The notes under the pieces: model-generated
What the model was told of the DNA's origin: nothing
Databases searched by the model: none
What the model saw: the letters and a program-made list of their open reading frames with translations, nothing else
Shown here: piece by piece, positions 55,780 through 64,000 of the stretch
How the letters are laid out: every line of letters starts with the position of its first letter
Numbering within the stretch: position 1 is the first letter of the stretch
NCBI RefSeq assembly: GCF_009914755.1
Contig: NC_060931.1
Source: the human T2T-CHM13v2.0 reference genome, Homo sapiens
Length of the DNA: 64,000 bases
Strand: one strand, 5' to 3'
Translations under genes and position numbers: made by a program

Positions 55780-56090
55780 TTTCCTGCACATATCATCCTA
55801 GGTTTATATTTTACATTGTTTCAGTGATTTTTTTCTATGAGTTTTATGTTCCTTCACTACAAGTTTAATATTTTTGATATATGATGGGTTCTAATATCTG
55901 ATAAGATCTTCATCCCTTTGTTACTATTCGTTTTATTCCAGAATCTATTAAGCAGTCTTACTCATTTATTTTTTAATGAGTCTTAGAATCATTTTGTCAG
56001 CTTTCATACAGTATCTCATTAGGCTATTAATTGGAAATGTGTTAAATCTATAACTTAACTTGGGAAGAGTTGTCATATCTTCTTGTATTC
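55780..56090 (-). mobile_element. Old L1M ORF2 fragment
   Basis: ttagaatcattttgtcag...attggaaatgtgttaaatctata...ttgggaagagttgtcatatctt. Confidence 0.6.
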
Positions 56091-56176
56091 TTTCAAGTTA
56101 CAATTAGATAATCATGGATTTTTCTGCTTACAAGAGACAATAAACAATTTTCTACTTAATGCCTGAGTCCTTTAAA

Positions 56177-56338
56177 GTTTTATTTCATTTTTAATTCACA
56201 CATAATAGTTGTACATATTTATGGGATATAATGTGATGTTTTGATATACATACACATTGTGAAATGATCAAATCAGAGTAATTAGTATGTTACCACTTCA
56301 AACATGTATCATTTATTTGTGGTGAGAACATTCAAAAT
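56177..56338 (-). mobile_element. L1MA 3' terminal fragment
   Basis: ttgtacatatttatgggatataatgtgatgttttgata...gtggtgagaacattcaaaat. Confidence 0.8.
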
Positions 56339-57565
56339 GCATGCCCTAATCTTCCAGTAAGCTACATACCTAGATCATGCTTTATAACAACAGAGTGTGT
56401 TCTTGTTGCTGTTCCTTTGTTTTCAGTGAAATGTTTTTTTCAGATGACAAAACACAGTGGGAGTCCACAGAAGGGACAGCTTGTGGAGAGGTGGCAGAGA
56501 AGATATTTGAGTAAAAATAAAAGCTTAAGACTTTATGAAAGCTTGTAAAAACTTGGGGTTTTAAAATAAATAGCAAGCACAGGAAGTTTTGAACATCTCA
56601 GCATAGCTAAATTTAAATGCTCTAATTCATGGCAAGTTAGAGTCTGGAATACATTTTAAATTCTGTGCCTAGTCTCACACCATTCTGAGGAAAGTATTGA
56701 CCCATGTTTGCCTAAAATCACGTGCTGACACTGCAGAACAGTGCCCAGTGTTCACACAAAACTGGTCTTTGTCTCTTAACCCCATTTCCTGTACTGGTGT
56801 GTGAAGTGTATCAACTGCAATACACCTTTCTTTCTCTCTACCTTGTCTACCCATGTCATGGGATTGTACCGGCCCATTTTGTTCACTGTCCCACTATCCC
56901 ATCCTACTCAACCTGTGCAGGGTGGCCCCTGAATGCCTTTGAACACTATCATTGCATCTCTGAACTTGGACCTTTTTGGTCACAATGAATTATTTATTCA
57001 ATTAAGTGCTTTCTATTGGTTGTTGATATTTTCCTTTGCTATTTTGCTGGCAAGTAGTTTTCTTTCTGTGGCACGTTTATCATATTTTAGAATCACTGCT
57101 ATATTTAATTTGTAGAATGTCATAGGAAGCTTTGCTTTGTGTATGTTCAAGGTCTTTGTTTCTTAATTTGAAGTTTGAAATAGCTTACTTACCAAGGTAA
57201 AACTACATCTTCATAATTATTTGAAAACACTACCACAATTTTAAAATGTATTTTAGATTTAGGCTTTTTAATATCTTACCATATAAATAGCACTTCTCAT
57301 AATTAATCTTCAATTTATTTCATATTTTAACTTCTCAAGGAACAGTTTCACATTTCTTATATCTGTTTCTTTATGGTTATTATTTTTTATCAAGTTCATT
57401 ATGTCTTATCTATTTGATAAAATTTTAAGGGATCTATTTCTTACTTTTCTTTATAAATTCCACTGTGCCCATTTTTCTAATTTATTTCTTATTTTCTAAT
57501 TTCTTCAATCTTAATCTTCTTTTAAAATATGTTCTTCCTGTGCTTAGAAGTATTAATCTATTCAT

Positions 57566-57878
<313 letters not shown>

Positions 57879-57892
57879 CTATTCACTTTTAC

Positions 57893-58196
<304 letters not shown>

Positions 58197-58199
58197 TAT

Positions 58200-58432
58200 T
58201 TCGTCTATTTATTAGTATTGGGTTATGAACACTATGTAACATATAATTTAATTAAAGCAATAACACAGTAAGGTATATATTATTGTCACCATTATGTAGT
58301 TATAGAAATTTAAGGCCCAGAAAGATTAAGATTTTTGCCAAAATTAATAAAGGAGCTAGGATTAAAAACAAACCAGCAAAAAAAAACTCCATGATTACTG
58401 AACCTAACCCTTAAACCACCATATTATATAGC
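58200..58432 (-). mobile_element. MIR relic
   Basis: attattgtcaccattatgtag...aaggcccagaaagattaag...ttgccaaa; cttaaaccacca. Confidence 0.6.
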
Positions 58433-58437
58433 AGTTT

Positions 58438-58504
58438 AAGTGGTCCATCCGCCTCGGCCTCCCAAAGTGCTGGGATTACAGGTGTGAACCACCTCGCCTG
58501 GCCA
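58438..58504 (-). mobile_element. Isolated Alu 5' fragment (~65 bp)
   Basis: aagtggtccatccgcctcggcctcccaaagtgctgggattacagg...ctggcc. Confidence 0.85.
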
Positions 58505-59107
58505 TGTTTTCTTCCTTCTTAAGGAAAAATATTTAAGTCTTTGACTTTTTCTCAAAATTGTTTAGGTTTTGGTCTTTAGAATAAGTAGTGATGCTTATTC
58601 TAAAGTGATTACTAATAGTGGTAGTGATTACTGTTATTGTCTAATGTGTTATTATTGTGATTATGATTACATTCTTGGTTCTTGGCTTCACCAATGACCA
58701 CTGAACATTGTGGTTCACAGGAGTTAATAAAACCTTCTTGTCATTAATTATTAATTGAAGATTAATTAATTAACTAATTGTTAATGCTATTTATTTAATA
58801 TTATGATTAAATGCAATTTAATTTAAATGCTAACCTTACAACATAAAATTGATTAATAATTACGAGTGGTTAATAATAGTTATTTTTTGAGATTTGTAGA
58901 ATGCATTTCTAATGATATAACTATTAAATTTTTTTTGGTTTGTTAGGTGTCCAGCTTTCATAAATATTCCATTTTCATTTCAAAGAATTACATATATATT
59001 CTACCTAAGCATTTTGAAGTATTTAGTAATTATACCTACTTAAGAATGTTGAAATTTTCTGTGTTCTACTTACTTTTTCTTCTTGTTTTATGCCATAGGA
59101 ATACAAC

Positions 59108-59412
<305 letters not shown>

Positions 59413-61569
59413 ATCTACCAATTTGTATTCTTAAAAATATATGAAAATTGCTATTCCATTGCTGTACTTGGTGGGCATTATATATTAGGTATTATTGAGT
59501 ATTTGCAATAAGTCACAAAGTCGATGATGTATCTCATTTTTCTCCAGTGTATTTTATTTTACAAAATTAACAGAAAGCAACTTTATTTGTCACAATTAAT
59601 ATGGGCAGAACACAGGCTCAACGTTGACTGAATGCCTTTAATTCTATTTAAATATTCACACGTTTGGACAACTGCCTTTCACACCATACATGTGCTCTCC
59701 ACGGGAACCCTGGCTAGCCCTTTCAAATTTCAGACAGTCCTCACAGCTAAGAGTTGAAGCCAGGGACCCCTAGGGCATTGCAGATGGTGGAGAAGTACAC
59801 AGAGCAGTGTACCTGTCCGTGGAGCATAAGGGGTGGACTATGAATTAAATGTCAGCCACTGCATGTGCTCAACTGCTTCATTGAGGCTATTTGTATTCTC
59901 TGTTTACCTAATATCAAATTCCTTTTTCTTATTTTAGGGTTAGATCTCTAATCTGTTCCAATACCCTATATTGTCTAGAACAGTCTGCGGATTTATCATT
60001 AGAGGCAAAAATTTTATTCCAAAATTTAACTTTTAATCTTCATCAAAATCAGCAAAACTTGTTACTTAGAAAGACATACTACCACATTTATAGTGTTTTC
60101 CCTCTATGAATTAAATAAACTAGAGACCTGAAATTCTATGTTTTTAATACAAAAAATAATAAATAACAAGCTTCAATGCCACCTGTAAATCAAATGCAGC
60201 AAATTACTTTTCATATAGTTGTTTGGATGGAGCTGACCTCTCCCAGTCTGTGCCTTCATGCCTCATGGCAGATGTTTGTCAGGCGGCTGGCTGAGGTCAA
60301 CAGTCCAGTCTGCAACCTGAGGACTAGAGCTCTCTCTGTGTGAAGCTAATGAGTTATTTTGGAGAGAAAACTCACTATACTGGTCCCAGTAGTTACATTC
60401 CAACAATGTCCAACGACATTATCACTAATGATTTAGCATCATTCCATGTTCTCAATCTGAATGAATTTTTGACAAAATGATTGCTTTCCAATGAGCCTGT
60501 GACATTTGAACTTCTGTAAATAAACAGTAGATTAAAGCAGACCTGAAATTAAAATAGATTAAAATGGTTTTAATTGATGCCCTGAAGGATGGGAATGATT
60601 GAATAGAAATTGCAAACATCATTTGGGGTGGCGTAGTTTGACAAATTTCCATCTATCTTGTCTTCTTCCAAACTACCTCAACTATAATTCTTAAATGAAA
60701 AAAAAGGCTTTACTTGACTTTCATGTTTTGAATTTCGTGCCAAAGTCCTTAATAATAAACATTGATTGGGGTCCCTTATTAGGTCAGCCACTTGATGTGC
60801 TCCTTTTGCAAGGTTCCTATTATGCAGTAGAGTACAAGTTGGAACCTGAAGTGTGATTTAGGCTTATTTTAGTGCACGTATGAGTCCCAGTTGGAAATTC
60901 ATTTTGTTTAGGGTTTTTTGACTATAGAATGTTTGTTTTTGTCGTGTTTGGCTTTCTGTTAATTAGTATCTTAAGAGATATAGGAAAGGAGAGGGGAGGC
61001 AGCGTGTGCTCTTTCAGGGGCCTGATACTAAAGCTAGCCCTATAAAGAGGGTGCTTCTGAGAATAATTGAACAATCTGTTTATCTAAAGCCTCTGGGAAA
61101 CCCAGAGGTGTGTTATGGCTGCATTGATTTAAGTAAAAAAGACACATTCTTCCCATTTCTCTATGAAAATTCATACGGTTTCAGCACAATGAGAATCTCC
61201 AGGGACACAGTTCCCTGTTTGTACCCTGAAGGTTTTTTACCTCCTCAGCAGCTCTGAAAAATAAGCACTTGTTGCAAATTTTAAAATTGACACGTCAGTC
61301 ACTAAGCAGCAGTTGTTGGGCACTAAACTTATCTGTCTGAAAGGCAAAAAATACCAAAGACAGGGCAAGAAGAGAATTTGAGAAGTCTGTTTCCTGGCTC
61401 ATATCATACAACCCTGCACATTCCAAGAAAGGGCAGAGTAAAAGTTGAGGGCCTTTAGAAGCACTATAGTTTGAAATCAGGTGGTAACAATTTATGGAAT
61501 TTAGGGAACTATTGCTAATGTTAAGAATTTTTGCACACTAATACCGATAAGACTTGGGCAGACATAGGC

Positions 61570-61745
61570 TAGACTTAACAGTAAGTATTAGTAGTAGTAT
61601 TCTCATTTAATATATGAGGAAACTGGGACCAGAGCCTGTAATTAACTTCTCCATGGCTACCTTCTAACAGTGAGTAGAAGAACCCTAATGCACACACTTG
61701 TCCATTTGGCTCCAAGGTCCATGTTTCAATGGGCTTCTGCCATCT
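61570..61745 (-). mobile_element. MIR relic
   Basis: tattctcatttaatatatgaggaaactgggaccagag...aacttctccatgg...ggctccaagg. Confidence 0.65.
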
Positions 61746-61863
61746 CTGTTTATGTGCAACTGTGGTGTGTCTTGCTTAGCAGGTGTTTAATAAATTTCTT
61801 ACTACTATGTTGTTTCCATCTTCTCAAGATTCCACAGAAACAGCTACCAACTTAGCTATACTA

Positions 61864-62730
<867 letters not shown>

Positions 62731-62784
62731 TTGTTGTTAAAAAGATTTTATTTAGTTATTATTTACACAGAGTGAAATGAATAA

Positions 62785-63230
<446 letters not shown>

Positions 63231-63659
63231 CACCCAGATCAAGGTATAGAATATTTTTCCCAGTTTTGTAGTTCTTTGTCAGGAAAGAGGGTCATCAGTT
63301 GCTCCCTCTTGGCCAAAAGCTAAAGTCTTTATGGTGTCCATTGATGAGCAAAATTTATTAGTTTATTAGCCTTGTGGCTTGTAATGAAAAAGAAAAAAAT
63401 ATTTGAAACTTATTAGTTTAAATGTAGTCTAATTTATCAATTTTTTCTTTAATTTTTTAATGGTGAAATGTTTATGTTTAATTTATATTTAATATATCTT
63501 ATAGTTTATGACTTTTATGTCCTGTTTAATAAACATTTTTCTAACTCTAGGTCATGAGGATATCATCCTCTGTAGTCTCTCAAAATAATATTTTGACCTT
63601 TCACCGTTAAGTCTATGATCCATGTCTAATTGTGTGTGTGTGTGTGTGGTATAAAGTAG

Positions 63660-63990
63660 GATTTTTCATAATGACAAAAACAATGGCAGTACATTTATTA
63701 ATGGTAAAATTTGGAAATAAATTTTGCTGTTTGTACAATGAAATACTGCACAAAAGTGCAAATTGATGAACTATTTCAAAAAGAATCAATGGATAAACAC
63801 CATAAATACAGCCCTGAACAGAAGAAACCAGTCACAGAATAATATATATGTTACAGTTTCATTTTTAAAGTTCTAGGGCAGGCAAAACTGAGCAATACAG
63901 TTACAGCTACAAAAACACTCTCAATAAAATAAAATGATTACCACTGATTTCAGAAAACGATTGCTGGGGACATGAAGTAGCAATAGCAGA
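63660..63990 (+). mobile_element. L1ME-like 3' region
   Basis: tacaatgaaatact, gaagaaaccagtcacagaataatatatatg, caggcaaaactga. Confidence 0.65.
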
Positions 63991-64000
63991 ATCTCATACA

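Noticed and set aside
53676-56515. Plus-strand acceptor-like sites (ttttttgtttcttag at ~53697; ttttttcag at ~56443) as downstream exons of the CpG island
   Set aside because: There are no strong paired donors, and such tracts are common in AT-rich DNA.

Overview
Human genomic DNA (a near-perfect AluYg6 at 26763-27073 points to Homo sapiens). The window is repeat-dense and intergenic or intronic, with no protein-coding exon I can support. Most ORFs in the supplied track are Alu, L1, LTR or low-complexity artefacts. The window contains about 25 Alus, L1/L2/MIR relics, DNA transposons (MER1B, MER53, MER82) and many LTR elements: a nested MSTA provirus carrying a THE1D, plus THE1B, MSTB, MLT1/MLT2, LTR33-like and LTR15-like copies. 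A fossil ERVL-class pro-pol region on the minus strand (~12.9-14.7 kb) is readable only by hand translation across stops and frameshifts. One CpG island (~44.6-45.5 kb) lies just downstream of an LTR15-like solo LTR and is a candidate lncRNA promoter or enhancer. A few repeat-poor stretches carry enhancer-like motifs or isolated exon-like splice signals. I found no convincing novel biological system. The best leads are the probably polymorphic AluYg6, the rearranged ERVL fossil, and the LTR plus CpG-island module that appears built on GC-drifted MIRs. Subfamily names come from recalled consensus sequences and need Dfam/RepeatMasker confirmation.
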